DNA of 64,000 bases. Origin: Clostridia bacterium. GTDB taxonomy: Bacteria; Bacillota; Clostridia; TANB77; CAG-508. The stretch is from contig JAFXGW010000003.1 of the NCBI GenBank assembly GCA_017536685.1, positions 11 to 64,010 of the forward strand. The letters are read 5' to 3'. Every line of letters begins with the position of its first letter. Position 1 is the first letter of the stretch. The position numbers were made by a program, and so were the translations under genes. Below the pieces are notes generated by a model. The model saw nothing but the letters and a program-made list of their open reading frames with translations. It was not told the DNA's origin and did no database searches. Positions 1 through 12,018 of this stretch are shown piece after piece.

Positions 1-103
1 ATTATATTATTTACTACATTAAAATTTATAAATTATAATTAATAAATATTGAATTTTAATAAATTAAGGATTATTAATGATTTTATAAAAAGGAGAAATT
101 AGA

Positions 104-1345
104 ATGTTACAAAGACCAAAAGGAACAAAAGATTTACTTCCAGAAGAAAGTTATAAATGGCAAGAAGTTGAAACAAAAGTAAAAAAAGTATTAGAAAGTT
201 ATAATTTTAAAGAAATAAGAGTTCCTGTTTTTGAACATACAGAGTTATTTCAAAGAGGCGTAGGAGAAACTACTGATGTTGTTCAAAAAGAGATGTATAC
301 TTTTGACGATAAAGGTGGAAGAAGTATAACACTTCGTCCTGAAGGAACTGCTGGAGTTGTTCGTGCATATCTTGAAAATGGAATGGGCAGTTTACCAAGT
401 CCAGTGAAACTTTGGTACAACATGGGAATGTATAGATATGAGAATGTTCAAAAAGGAAGACTTAGAGAATTTCATCAAATAGGTGCGGAGTTAATAGGTT
501 CAGAAAGTTATTTAGCCGATGTTGATGTTATATTAATGGCAAATAATATTTTTAAAACATTAAATATTCCAAATATTAGTTTAAATATAAATAGTATTGG
601 ATGTCCAAAATGTAGAAGTGAATATCAAAAAATTTTAAGGGAGTTTATTGGAAAAAATTTAAACTATTATTGTGACACTTGCAAAACAAGATTTGAAAAG
701 AATCCAATGAGAATATTAGACTGTAAAGAGAAAAAATGTAAAGAATTCAATCAAGGCGCTCCAATGATGATTGATTATTTATGTGATGAATGCAAAGAAC
801 ATTTTGAAAATGTAAAATCAATGTTAGATTCTTTAGGTGTACAATATCAAATTGATAGTGGAATCGTTAGAGGATTAGATTATTATACAAAAACAGTTTT
901 TGAATTTGTTGATGAAAAATCTGGACTAACAGCTTTAGGTGGAGGAAGATATGATGGATTGGTAGAGGAATTTGGAGGACAATCTACTCCGGCTGTTGGA
1001 TTTGCTACTGGCGTCGAAAGAATAATGGAAATGTACAATGCAAACAATGATTTACAAGATACTAAAATTCCAGATTTATATATTCTTTCTTTAGGGAATA
1101 ATGAAAATATAAAAGCTTTAGAAATTTCTGAAAATTTAAGGCAAAAAGGATTAATTATAGAAAAAGATATTTTTGAAAGAAGTTTTAAAGCTCAAATGAA
1201 ATATGCAGACAAAATAAAAGCAAAAAATCTTATAGTAATTGGTGAGAATGAATTAAAACAAGGAACTGTTAAGGTGAAAAATATGACAACAGGTGATGAA
1301 AAAGAAGTAGATTTAGATGCTGAAGCTATATTTAAAATTATTTAA
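104..1345 (+). CDS. hisS: Histidine--tRNA ligase
   Basis: 413-aa ORF. The N-terminus MLQRPKGTKDLLP and the motifs RPEGTAGVVRAY, REFHQIG and GGGRYD are typical of class II HisRS. SD AGGAG lies 8 nt upstream. Confidence 0.95.
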   Translation: MLQRPKGTKDLLPEESYKWQEVETKVKKVLESYNFKEIRVPVFEHTELFQRGVGETTDVVQKEMYTFDDKGGRSITLRPEGTAGVVRAYLENGMGSLPSPVKLWYNMGMYRYENVQKGRLREFHQIGAELIGSESYLADVDVILMANNIFKTLNIPNISLNINSIGCPKCRSEYQKILREFIGKNLNYYCDTCKTRFEKNPMRILDCKEKKCKEFNQGAPMMIDYLCDECKEHFENVKSMLDSLGVQYQIDSGIVRGLDYYTKTVFEFVDEKSGLTALGGGRYDGLVEEFGGQSTPAVGFATGVERIMEMYNANNDLQDTKIPDLYILSLGNNENIKALEISENLRQKGLIIEKDIFERSFKAQMKYADKIKAKNLIVIGENELKQGTVKVKNMTTGDEKEVDLDAEAIFKII

Positions 1346-1365
1346 TAATAAAAAAGAAATGCAAT

Positions 1366-1400
1366 AAAAAACACTAATTATATTTTAATTAGTGTTTTTA
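1366..1400 (+). terminator. Rho-independent terminator after hisS
   Basis: Stem ACACTAATT (1371-1379) pairs with AATTAGTGT (1387-1395), followed by a T-run. Confidence 0.8.
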
Positions 1401-1523
1401 TTATCACATAATTGTTGTTGCGAAAATATGAGGATAATATATGTTATAACAAATAATAATGTTATTTTTGAGTCATAAGAATATTTTTTTCTAATATAAT
1501 CTACTATTGGAAAAGAGGGTATT

Positions 1524-2753
1524 ATGATTAATTTAGCAGTTATAAGTATAAAAGATATAATAAATTTAATTAAAAAAATTATTTTTGCAGTAATATTTTT
1601 TTGCATAGTATGCAAAATTTTTGGAAGTATTAAAAATGGAAACTATGTAAAAATAGAAGAACTGAAAACAAAATTTGTTTATGATTATTGTGATATTATA
1701 GACCAAAATTTGCTTATTTCTAATTATTATAACAATAATAAAATTATAAATAATAGTGGTATAAAAAAGATTTTGGTGTCTGAACTTTCAATACTTGCAA
1801 CTGAAGAAGAGCTAATGGAAAAAGAGAATCAAGAGGAAATTATAGAATTCGAAACCATAAATAATAAAAATGGTATGGAAGAGTCAAATAATATTATAGA
1901 ATCTGAAGATGATTCACTCAATAGCAAGAAAAAAGAAGAGGGTATAAGTAATACTGATATTGACACCGTACAAAACAATAATATTGCTGAAGATATTTTA
2001 CCAACTAAAATTATAAGCCAAAATAATAAAACAGACACATACACTGATGTTTATAAAAATGTGAAAATAAAAAATGAATCTAAATATACTTTAACTCAAG
2101 AAATGCTTACTCCAAACTTAGAATTTTCTAATAAAAAAGATTTAATAATTTACCATACACATACTTGTGAAAGTTATACACCTACAGATTTTAACAATTA
2201 TGAAGCAACTGGGAATTTTAGAACTACAGATTTAAATTATAATGTTACAAGAGTTGGAAAAGAATTATCAAATTTATTGATTGATAAAGGTTTTAGTGTT
2301 ACTCACGATGTAACTTATCATGATTATCCAGCATACACAGGTTCATACACAAGGTCATTAAAAACAATAAAAAATATTATTGCTAATAATTCTTCGCAAT
2401 TAGTAATAGATTTACATAGAGATGCTTTAGGTAGCAATAGTAGTTATGCACCAAGGGTACAAATAGGAGAAGAAGTTGCTGCTCAGCTTATGTTTGTAAT
2501 TGGTACAAATGGTGGAGGATTAGAACACTCAAAGTGGTTGAATAATTTTAAGTTAGCTATTAAGATTCAAGAAAAGGCAAATGAGATGTATCCAGGATTG
2601 TTTAAACCTATAATCTTAAGAAATTCTAGATATAATCAACACGTAACTACTGGAGCTTGCATAATAGAAGTGGGAGCTACAGGGAATACTTTAGAAGAAT
2701 GTAATATAAGTATGAAATATTTAGCTAAAGTTATTGAGAAAGTTATGGAATAA
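1524..2753 (+). CDS. spoIIP: Stage II sporulation protein P (SpoIIP-like amidase)
   Basis: 409 aa with an N-terminal TM segment. The C-terminal domain carries IIYHTHTCESY, VIDLHRDA and MFVIG motifs typical of SpoIIP. SD AAGAGGG lies upstream. Confidence 0.85.
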   Translation: MINLAVISIKDIINLIKKIIFAVIFFCIVCKIFGSIKNGNYVKIEELKTKFVYDYCDIIDQNLLISNYYNNNKIINNSGIKKILVSELSILATEEELMEKENQEEIIEFETINNKNGMEESNNIIESEDDSLNSKKKEEGISNTDIDTVQNNNIAEDILPTKIISQNNKTDTYTDVYKNVKIKNESKYTLTQEMLTPNLEFSNKKDLIIYHTHTCESYTPTDFNNYEATGNFRTTDLNYNVTRVGKELSNLLIDKGFSVTHDVTYHDYPAYTGSYTRSLKTIKNIIANNSSQLVIDLHRDALGSNSSYAPRVQIGEEVAAQLMFVIGTNGGGLEHSKWLNNFKLAIKIQEKANEMYPGLFKPIILRNSRYNQHVTTGACIIEVGATGNTLEECNISMKYLAKVIEKVME

Positions 2754-2759
2754 GAGTGT

Positions 2760-2788
2760 TTGAAAAAATATTTAATTTATGATATAAT
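2760..2788 (+). promoter_or_regulatory. Near-consensus sigma-A type promoter (TTGAAA-17 nt-TATAAT with upstream TG)
   Basis: TTGAAA at 2760-2765, a 17-nt spacer, and TGATATAAT ending at 2788. It lies directly upstream of the GC-rich ORF. Confidence 0.6.
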
Positions 2789-2846
2789 TTATTAGCCGCA
2801 CTTTGAAAAACAAACCAAATCAATATTGAAAGGAATGGTGCAAGTT

Positions 2847-3185
2847 ATGCGGATTAGATGTACGGAGGGATCTGTTATCGTGATTCAGCTGACCAATGGT
2901 CAAAAGTATGTTGGAAAGTTGAAGGATGTTAAGCCTGATGAGCTGGTTCTGCAGCCGGAGTACTATGTGAAAGAACATAGTTGTACGGCAACCGGATACA
3001 ATGAGATTCATGTGAGGAGAGCGCTACTCGAGAGTTGGCGTTACGCTAATCTCACCACAGATCTGAAAATATCTGCGCTGAGCCTGTTTGTCAACACTGC
3101 CGGCGAAAGTACCTTTTATGACGAGAACGGTTTCTGCATTGGGAAAGGCAAAGACTTTTCTGATGTGCCCGAGAGCAACGGCTGA
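2847..3185 (+). CDS. Hypothetical small protein encoded on a GC-rich island (Sm/LSm-like N-terminal segment suspected)
   Basis: The ORF is open from TTG 2826. ATG 2847 is the most plausible start because the SD AAAGGA at 2829-2834 lies upstream of it. GC is ~47% and the gene uses CTG, CCG, GGC and GCG codons that are atypical for the window. The product is not recognised. Confidence 0.6.
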   Translation: MRIRCTEGSVIVIQLTNGQKYVGKLKDVKPDELVLQPEYYVKEHSCTATGYNEIHVRRALLESWRYANLTTDLKISALSLFVNTAGESTFYDENGFCIGKGKDFSDVPESNG

Positions 3186-3204
3186 AAGCCATAAATCCAC
3201 GTAA

Positions 3205-3250
3205 CAAAAAAGTGATATCTGCTAGAACGTATAGCGGGTATCACTTTTTC
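3205..3250 (+). terminator. Rho-independent terminator of the GC-rich cassette
   Basis: GTGATA (3212-3217) pairs with TATCAC (3239-3244), with inner TGCTA/TAGCG pairing, followed by TTTTT. Confidence 0.7.
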
Positions 3251-3330
3251 ATTTTTACATAATATAAACTTTTATTTAACAATAATAACTTGTAATTAAA
3301 TTTTTGAATATAAGTTATTTTGACAAACGT

Positions 3331-4557
3331 TTATATTTCAATAACTTTATGAGTATAATCCAGGTTGGCAACAGAATTGTTTTTATATCCTAAAGTATAC
3401 ACATTAGTTGCAAAAATATCTTTAGAAATCATATTTTTTAAAATATTGTCATTAGAATTTTCCATAAATTTATTTACAGAAACAATGATTTTTAATTTAG
3501 GGTTAGCAGCAGCTATTGCAGAAATTATTCGTTTTCCAGGTTTGTTAAAACCTAAAACTCTAATATAAGGAGTAACTCTTTTTGATTGATTAATATCTTT
3601 TTGAGAAATATTTAAAAGAGCATATAATAAAATTCTTTGAATTCTGCTTTGAGTGTAACGTTTTGACTTAATGTTTGCAATTAATTCTTTTAAGTTATTA
3701 AAAGAATTGGCAGCAGCTTTTATTTTATTTTCTAATCCCTCTGAAACATCCGGAAGAGAAGCTATTTCAGAAAGGGACATTTTTCTTAAGGTATATATAA
3801 TTTCTTTTTCAAATATAGCTAAACTAGGAACGATTTTTCCTTCCTCTATACATTTTTCTATTAATTCATAAGATTCGTAAGGAATGACTCTATGAATATT
3901 TTTTCCGTTTTGAATCATAGTTCTAATTGCAGTAGCACTAGCGATTCCATTTTTTTCTTGAGTACTATTATAATCGGCGTAATCTCTTTTTATAGTAAGA
4001 GGTCTTATGTGGCTTCTATGTTTTTTTAAGGATTTTAAGTACTCAACTGCTAAAATATTATTTGGATTTGAAACAATTGAAGAGTATTTTTGAGAACTTC
4101 CAAAAAACTGTGAAAGGGCGATTTCACGTGCTTTAGGATATGATAATCCTGAACGAAGTTGGGTTGTAATAAGAGAAGAAAATTCTTTTGGTTCTTTATA
4201 TAAAACGTTAGCAACTTCAAGAAGTGGTGTGATTTCACCAATTTCACTACCAAAAGAAATAAAATCAACAACACCTAAACTATTTAGTATTTTAACAGCA
4301 CCATCAGCAAAATTTTCGGCACTTGATAAAGCATATACTGTAGGAAGTTCGATAACTAAATCGATTCCAGCTTTTAACGCCATTTCAGTTCTAGTCCATT
4401 TATCAACCAAAGCTGTATCTCCACGTTGAACAAAATTACCACTCATTACTGCAACTGTAAAATCTGTTTTTGTTAATTGTTTTGAAACTTCTAAATGATG
4501 AATATGTCCATTATGAAATGGGTTGTATTCTGACACAATTCCTAAAATTCCATCCAA
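3331..4557 (-). CDS. tmcAL: tRNA(Met) cytidine acetate ligase (YlbM/UPF0348 nucleotidyltransferase family)
   Basis: 408 aa. The N-terminus GIVSEYNPFHNGHIHHL (HxGH-type motif) and the overall length match the TmcAL/YlbM family. Confidence 0.85.
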   Translation of the reverse strand: MDGILGIVSEYNPFHNGHIHHLEVSKQLTKTDFTVAVMSGNFVQRGDTALVDKWTRTEMALKAGIDLVIELPTVYALSSAENFADGAVKILNSLGVVDFISFGSEIGEITPLLEVANVLYKEPKEFSSLITTQLRSGLSYPKAREIALSQFFGSSQKYSSIVSNPNNILAVEYLKSLKKHRSHIRPLTIKRDYADYNSTQEKNGIASATAIRTMIQNGKNIHRVIPYESYELIEKCIEEGKIVPSLAIFEKEIIYTLRKMSLSEIASLPDVSEGLENKIKAAANSFNNLKELIANIKSKRYTQSRIQRILLYALLNISQKDINQSKRVTPYIRVLGFNKPGKRIISAIAAANPKLKIIVSVNKFMENSNDNILKNMISKDIFATNVYTLGYKNNSVANLDYTHKVIEI

Positions 4558-4677
4558 AATAAATCACCGCCTGTATTGTAATATTTTAAATTTATTGATA
4601 TAATATCATAGATTTTATAAAAACACAAATTATATCAAAAAACAAAATAGATTATTAAAGTTCAAGAGAGGAATGTT

Positions 4678-5112
4678 ATGAAAAAAGTAACAATCTACAC
4701 AGATGGAGCTTGCTCTGGAAATCCTGGACCAGGTGGTTGGGGCGCTATCTTAATGTATGAAGATGTAAAAAAAGAAATATCAGGAGCTAGGAAAGATACA
4801 ACCAACAATATAATGGAAATTACAGCAGTATTAGAAGCTTTAAAATTACTAAAAGTAGAATGTGAAGTAAAAGTTTATAGTGATAGTGCTTATGTAGTAA
4901 ATGCTTTTAATCAAGGTTGGATTGAAAATTGGAAGAAAAACAATTGGAAAACAGCAGGAAAAGATCCTGTTAAAAATAGAGAACTTTGGGAAGAACTTTA
5001 TGAACTAACTCAAAAGCACAAAGTTGAATTTATAAAAGTAAAAGGCCATAGTGATAACGAATTTAATAATAGATGTGATGAGCTTGCAACTAGTGCAATA
5101 AAAACTTTATAG
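4678..5112 (+). CDS. rnhA: Ribonuclease HI
   Basis: 144 aa. [27 protein letters not shown] and [16 protein letters not shown] match the RNase H1 catalytic DEDD layout. Confidence 0.9.
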   Translation: MKKVTIYTDGACSGNPGPGGWGAILMYEDVKKEISGARKDTTNNIMEITAVLEALKLLKVECEVKVYSDSAYVVNAFNQGWIENWKKNNWKTAGKDPVKNRELWEELYELTQKHKVEFIKVKGHSDNEFNNRCDELATSAIKTL

Positions 5113-5145
5113 TTGAAGTTTTAGTAATTTTGTTAGGAGAAAGTT

Positions 5146-5742
5146 ATGAAAATAATTGGTATAACTGGTAGTTCAGGTTCTGGAAAAACAACTTTAAGTA
5201 AAATTTTAAATGAACGCGAAGATGTAAAAGTAATAGATGCAGATGAAGTTGTAAAAGAAATGAGCATTCCGGGAACAAAATATTTAGAAGCAATAAAAGA
5301 AACTTTTGGACAAGAAGTATTTTTAGAAGATGGAAGATTAAATAGAAAAAGACTTGCTCAAAAAATATATAATGATAATGAGTCTAGAGAAAAATTAAAT
5401 AAATTAACTTTTAATTATGTTGTAAAAGAAATTATAACAAGAACCAAAAGCATAACAGATAAAAATATAAAATTTGCAATAATAGATGCTCCGCTTCTTT
5501 TTGAATCAAAATTAGATAATTGTTGTGATTATGTTATTGCTTTAATTGCAGATTTTGATTTAAAGGTGCGAAGAATTTGTAAGAGAGATAAGATAGATGA
5601 AGAAACTGCTAAAAGCAGATTAAATATTCAAAATGAAGATTCGTATTATACTGAAAAAGCTAATTTTGTAATTAAGAATTCAGAAAATTGTGATTTGAAA
5701 TCAGAAATTGAAAAAATCTTTAAAGAAATTTTAAAAGGATAG
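5146..5742 (+). CDS. coaE: Dephospho-CoA kinase
   Basis: 198 aa. The P-loop IGITGSSGSGKTT at the N-terminus, the size, and the DAPLLFE motif are typical of CoaE. Confidence 0.85.
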   Translation: MKIIGITGSSGSGKTTLSKILNEREDVKVIDADEVVKEMSIPGTKYLEAIKETFGQEVFLEDGRLNRKRLAQKIYNDNESREKLNKLTFNYVVKEIITRTKSITDKNIKFAIIDAPLLFESKLDNCCDYVIALIADFDLKVRRICKRDKIDEETAKSRLNIQNEDSYYTEKANFVIKNSENCDLKSEIEKIFKEILKG

Positions 5743-5760
5743 AAAAAAAGGAGTATTGAT

Positions 5761-6345
5761 ATGTGGCGTGAACTAACTGATGAAGAAAATAAAAAACTTA
5801 TTAAAAAATTTAAAAAAGAAGGACTGATGTTTAAAATAATGTTTTGCTTATTCATACCATTAGTTATGTTAGTAGTGCCGATATTAGGTATTAAATATAT
5901 ATGTTTTGTTTCATTATTAGGAGTAATATTTTTTGCTTTAAAAATAAATATTATTATCTATATGATAATTTGTCTGCTTGCAGTGATACCATTTACTACT
6001 CTAAAAGCTGGAGTATTTGTTATAGGAATTATGAGTTTTTCTTTGCTTTTTGGATTGAGTGCAATATCTTATGAAATTAATTTAAGAAATATAAAAAAGA
6101 ATAAAGGCATTAAAATTTGTAAAACACGAATATTAAAAATACGTCCAGTGTCTAATAGTAGACATAACAACTATTATAAAGTTACAGTAGATTTATTTAT
6201 TAATGATGAACGTAAAGCTGTGGAATTAACTACTGGATATTGGCTAAAAGAACAAGATTATGTATATGTAGTTTCCTATGGAGAAAATATGGATTTGGAC
6301 TACATGAGAATACTAAAATTAGAAGATATTGAATCTAATGAATAA
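5761..6345 (+). CDS. Hypothetical membrane protein (3-4 TM segments plus a soluble C-terminal domain)
   Basis: 194-aa ORF with long hydrophobic stretches. It is tightly packed between coaE and queA. No motif was recognised. Confidence 0.5.
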   Translation: MWRELTDEENKKLIKKFKKEGLMFKIMFCLFIPLVMLVVPILGIKYICFVSLLGVIFFALKINIIIYMIICLLAVIPFTTLKAGVFVIGIMSFSLLFGLSAISYEINLRNIKKNKGIKICKTRILKIRPVSNSRHNNYYKVTVDLFINDERKAVELTTGYWLKEQDYVYVVSYGENMDLDYMRILKLEDIESNE

Positions 6346-6387
6346 AGTTTTTATAAAGAGGAATATAAGAAAGGAAATAAAATAAAG

Positions 6388-7413
6388 ATGAAAGTCTCAG
6401 ACTTTAATTATGAATTACCAGAACATTTAATTGCACAACATCCTTATGATAAAAGAGATGAAGCAAGATTAATGGTACTAGATAAAGAAAATAAAACAAT
6501 CGAACATAAAGTGTTTAAAGACGTAATAGATTACTTAAACCCAGGAGACTGCCTAGTAATAAACAATACAAAAGTAATACCAGCAAGACTTTATGGAAAA
6601 AAAGATACAGGAGCTAATGTAGAATTTTTGCTTTTAAAGAGAATTGAAGGAGATTTCTGGGAAGCTATGGTAAGACCAGGTAGTAAATTAAAATCTGGTG
6701 CAAAAGTAATTTTTGGAGAAGGATTATTAAAAGCTACTGTACTTGAAGTTTTGGAAAATGGCAATAGAAAAGTTGAATTTAAATATAATGGAATTTTTAA
6801 TGAGATATTAGATCAAATTGGCTTAATGCCACTTCCACCATATATAACGGAAGCAACAAGAGAAGACAATAGCAAATATCAAACTGTATATGCAAAATAT
6901 GATGGTTCAGCAGCAGCTCCAACAGCAGGACTTCACTTTACAGAAGAACTTTTAGAAAAAATAAAAGAAAAAGGTATAGAAGTTGCAAATGTAACACTTC
7001 ATGTTGGAATAGGGACATTTAGACCAGTAAAAGTTGAAAATGTCGAAGAACATGAAATGCATTCAGAACATTATTATATAAAACAAGAAGATGTAGACAA
7101 AATAAATAAAGCTAAAAGAAATGGGAAAAGAGTGATAGCAGTTGGAACAACTTCTTGTAGAGTGCTAGAATCAGTAGCGGATGAAAATGGTATGATGAAA
7201 GAAATAGAAGGAGATACAAGCATCTTTATTTATCCAGGATATAAATTTAAATGTATAGACGGCTTAATTACAAATTTTCACTTACCAGAATCAACATTAA
7301 TTATGCTTGTTTCAACATTAGCGGGTAAAGATTTTATAATGAAAGCCTATAATGAAGCGGTAAAAGTGGAATATAAATTCTTCAGTTTCGGAGATGCAAT
7401 GATTATAAAATAG
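6388..7413 (+). CDS. queA: S-adenosylmethionine:tRNA ribosyltransferase-isomerase
   Basis: 341 aa. [36 protein letters not shown] and FFSFGDAM are typical QueA motifs. Confidence 0.95.
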   Translation: MKVSDFNYELPEHLIAQHPYDKRDEARLMVLDKENKTIEHKVFKDVIDYLNPGDCLVINNTKVIPARLYGKKDTGANVEFLLLKRIEGDFWEAMVRPGSKLKSGAKVIFGEGLLKATVLEVLENGNRKVEFKYNGIFNEILDQIGLMPLPPYITEATREDNSKYQTVYAKYDGSAAAPTAGLHFTEELLEKIKEKGIEVANVTLHVGIGTFRPVKVENVEEHEMHSEHYYIKQEDVDKINKAKRNGKRVIAVGTTSCRVLESVADENGMMKEIEGDTSIFIYPGYKFKCIDGLITNFHLPESTLIMLVSTLAGKDFIMKAYNEAVKVEYKFFSFGDAMIIK

Positions 7414-7422
7414 GAGAAAAAA

Positions 7423-9880
<2,458 letters not shown>

Positions 9881-9900
9881 TTATTGGGGAGGAAACAGAA

Positions 9901-11448
9901 ATGAATTTAGAACAAAGTGATTCATTTAAAAACGAACTAGAAAGGAATGCAAGAAGTAAAAGAAATGTTGTAATATCTTTAGTATTTTGCTCTTTTCTAA
10001 TAGTTTTACTAGTTATATTAATAGGATTTGTAAGATATCAAGATTCAATAACAGAAAAAATGTTTATAGATGATGTTCAAATTGGAATTCCGGCTGGATT
10101 ATACAAAGTTATTGATGGTGATAGATATGTTAATATTAGAACTTTAGCAGAATTATTTGGATATAATTATACAAAAGGTATATATGGAGAATATACAGAA
10201 GATGATGATAGTTGCTATTTACAAAATAATTTTGAAATAGTTGCAATAACTGCTGGTGCACAAAAATACACAAAATACTTAGAGATGAAAGATCCTGCTC
10301 AAGCGACAATTGGCCCAATAACTGGCATAAGATTTAAAAATGAAAATGGTTATAGTGAATCTTTTAAGTTAGAAAAACCAGTTAGATTTGAAGATGGGAA
10401 TTTATATGTTTTACAAGAATATGTTCCAACAATGTTTAACATTCAAATTGACTGGCAAGAATATAGGATTAGATTTTATACTTTAAATTACTTAGCTAGT
10501 GTAGCTCAACGTACTGCAGCTGGAAGAGGATTAACTCATATTCAAGAATATTATGAAAATATGAGAGCTTTAAATTATGGATATATAGTTGTTGGAGATG
10601 CAACTAGTGGAATAATAAGCAAAGAATATGGTGTTATTGATTTGTCAACTGGTCAAGAAATAATTAGTACAAAATATGATGATATTGTATTTGTTGAAAA
10701 TTCACAAGAGTTTAATATAACTGTTGCAAATGGTACAGTAGGTATATTAAATAATAAAGGTGAAACTGTAATAGCTCCTTCTGAATTTGAAAAAATATCA
10801 TTGCTAGATCAAGAGAATAAACTATATTTGGTTGAAAAAAATAGAGAATATGGTATTCTTGATAAAAATGGAGATATCTTGATATATGCAGAATATGACG
10901 AAATAGGAATAGATATAGCAGATTTCATAAAAGAGGAAACCGATAATGGAAAGTTACTTTTTGGAAAATGTATTCCTGTAAAAAAAGATAATAAGTATGG
11001 ATTATATGACATTGAAGGTAACAAATTATTAGAATCTGTATACGATGGATTTGGATATAAGACTCCTGTAAAAACAACATCTTCAGGAAGTGAACAAAGC
11101 GCATTATTAATTCCTTCTTATGTAGGTATTAATGGTATTGTAGTAAATTATAATGATAAATATGGTATATTTGATGTTAATGCAGGAGCATTAATTTTGC
11201 CAACAGTATTTGATAAAGTTTATTCAGTAAAAAAAGAAGGCGAAAGAACATATTATGTAAGTTATAATGAAGAAGAATTAGAACTTTCACAATACCTAAA
11301 AGAAATGAACCTAAATAATGTTAACGAAAATGGAGAAGTGTTAACAGAAAAACCGGATGTTAAAACAGAATTAAACGAAATAAATGAAAATACAGAATTA
11401 AATAAAAATGTAGAATCAAATGAAATAGATGAAAATACAGGATTTTAA
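9901..11448 (+). CDS. Membrane-anchored WG-repeat protein (copper amine oxidase N-terminal-like segment plus KWG/WG repeats)
   Basis: 515 aa with an N-terminal TM. Repeated units YGIxDxxGxxIIxxxYDxI occur several times (YGVIDLSTGQEI, YGILDKNGDILIYAEYDEI, YGLYDIEGNKLLESVYDGF, YGIFDVNAGALILPTVFDKV). Confidence 0.6.
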   Translation: MNLEQSDSFKNELERNARSKRNVVISLVFCSFLIVLLVILIGFVRYQDSITEKMFIDDVQIGIPAGLYKVIDGDRYVNIRTLAELFGYNYTKGIYGEYTEDDDSCYLQNNFEIVAITAGAQKYTKYLEMKDPAQATIGPITGIRFKNENGYSESFKLEKPVRFEDGNLYVLQEYVPTMFNIQIDWQEYRIRFYTLNYLASVAQRTAAGRGLTHIQEYYENMRALNYGYIVVGDATSGIISKEYGVIDLSTGQEIISTKYDDIVFVENSQEFNITVANGTVGILNNKGETVIAPSEFEKISLLDQENKLYLVEKNREYGILDKNGDILIYAEYDEIGIDIADFIKEETDNGKLLFGKCIPVKKDNKYGLYDIEGNKLLESVYDGFGYKTPVKTTSSGSEQSALLIPSYVGINGIVVNYNDKYGIFDVNAGALILPTVFDKVYSVKKEGERTYYVSYNEEELELSQYLKEMNLNNVNENGEVLTEKPDVKTELNEINENTELNKNVESNEIDENTGF

Positions 11449-11483
11449 ATTAAAAAATAAAATGTAAAAATTTACACATAAAA

Positions 11484-11522
11484 AATACTTCTATAAATAT
11501 AATTTTATAGAAGTATTTTTTT
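11484..11522 (+). terminator. Rho-independent terminator
   Basis: A 14-bp perfect stem, AATACTTCTATAAA (11484-11497) with TTTATAGAAGTATT (11504-11517), followed by a T-run. Confidence 0.85.
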
Positions 11523-11532
11523 AGGAGGAAGT

Positions 11533-11883
11533 ATGAAAATTTTTGCAAGAGAAACTTTTATATCTATATTAATAACGATAATATTAATATTTATATTATC
11601 ATTACTAATTAGTAATACATCAATGTCAGAGGATTTTATAAATCCTGGAATAATAATTATTAGTTCGATTTCTATAATGGTGGGAGCGATACGAGTATCT
11701 AAAAGTAAGAAAGAAAAAGGAATAATAAATGGAGCGATATTAGGCGGGATTTATATGTTAACTATGTATCTGATTTCAAGTATTGTTTTGAAGGATTTTT
11801 CAATAGGAATACAATCATTGATTATGATAATAGGTGGAATAATAGGTGGAGTAGTAGGAGGAATAATTGGAGTTAATTTGTAA
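11533..11883 (+). CDS. Small polytopic membrane protein (possibly TIGR04086-type)
   Basis: 116 aa with 3-4 hydrophobic segments and a Gly-rich C-terminal helix GGIIGGVVGGIIG. SD AGGAGG lies upstream. The family assignment comes from memory of similar clostridial neighbourhoods only. Confidence 0.5.
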   Translation: MKIFARETFISILITIILIFILSLLISNTSMSEDFINPGIIIISSISIMVGAIRVSKSKKEKGIINGAILGGIYMLTMYLISSIVLKDFSIGIQSLIMIIGGIIGGVVGGIIGVNL

Positions 11884-11933
11884 AGAATAGTAATTAAGAT
11901 ATTGGAAATAATTAGAAAAAGTCAAGAAAACAG

Positions 11934-11962
11934 TTGATATTTTTATAAATTTAATATACAAT
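11934..11962 (+). promoter_or_regulatory. Putative sigma-A promoter (TTGATA-17-TACAAT)
   Basis: The hexamers at 11934-11939 and 11957-11962 have 17-nt spacing. They lie upstream of the HD-domain gene. Confidence 0.45.
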
Positions 11963-12018
11963 TCTACAAGAATAGAATAAAAATAACTGGGTTTACATAA
12001 CAATACAAAGGAGGATAT

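Noticed and set aside
1-103. I looked for a T-box leader upstream of hisS, and likewise upstream of metG at 36992-37020.
   Set aside because: Only 103 nt are available before hisS and 29 nt before metG. No specifier-loop or T-box (AANNNGGTGGNACCGCG-like) sequence is visible.
1385-1615. A minus-strand 76-aa ORF spans the hisS terminator and the spoIIP start. Similar cases are 11815-12087 and 31976-32272.
   Set aside because: These ORFs cross terminators or promoters and overlap the real gene starts on the + strand. They have no SD, and their hydrophobic or low-complexity translations are typical of AT-rich noise.
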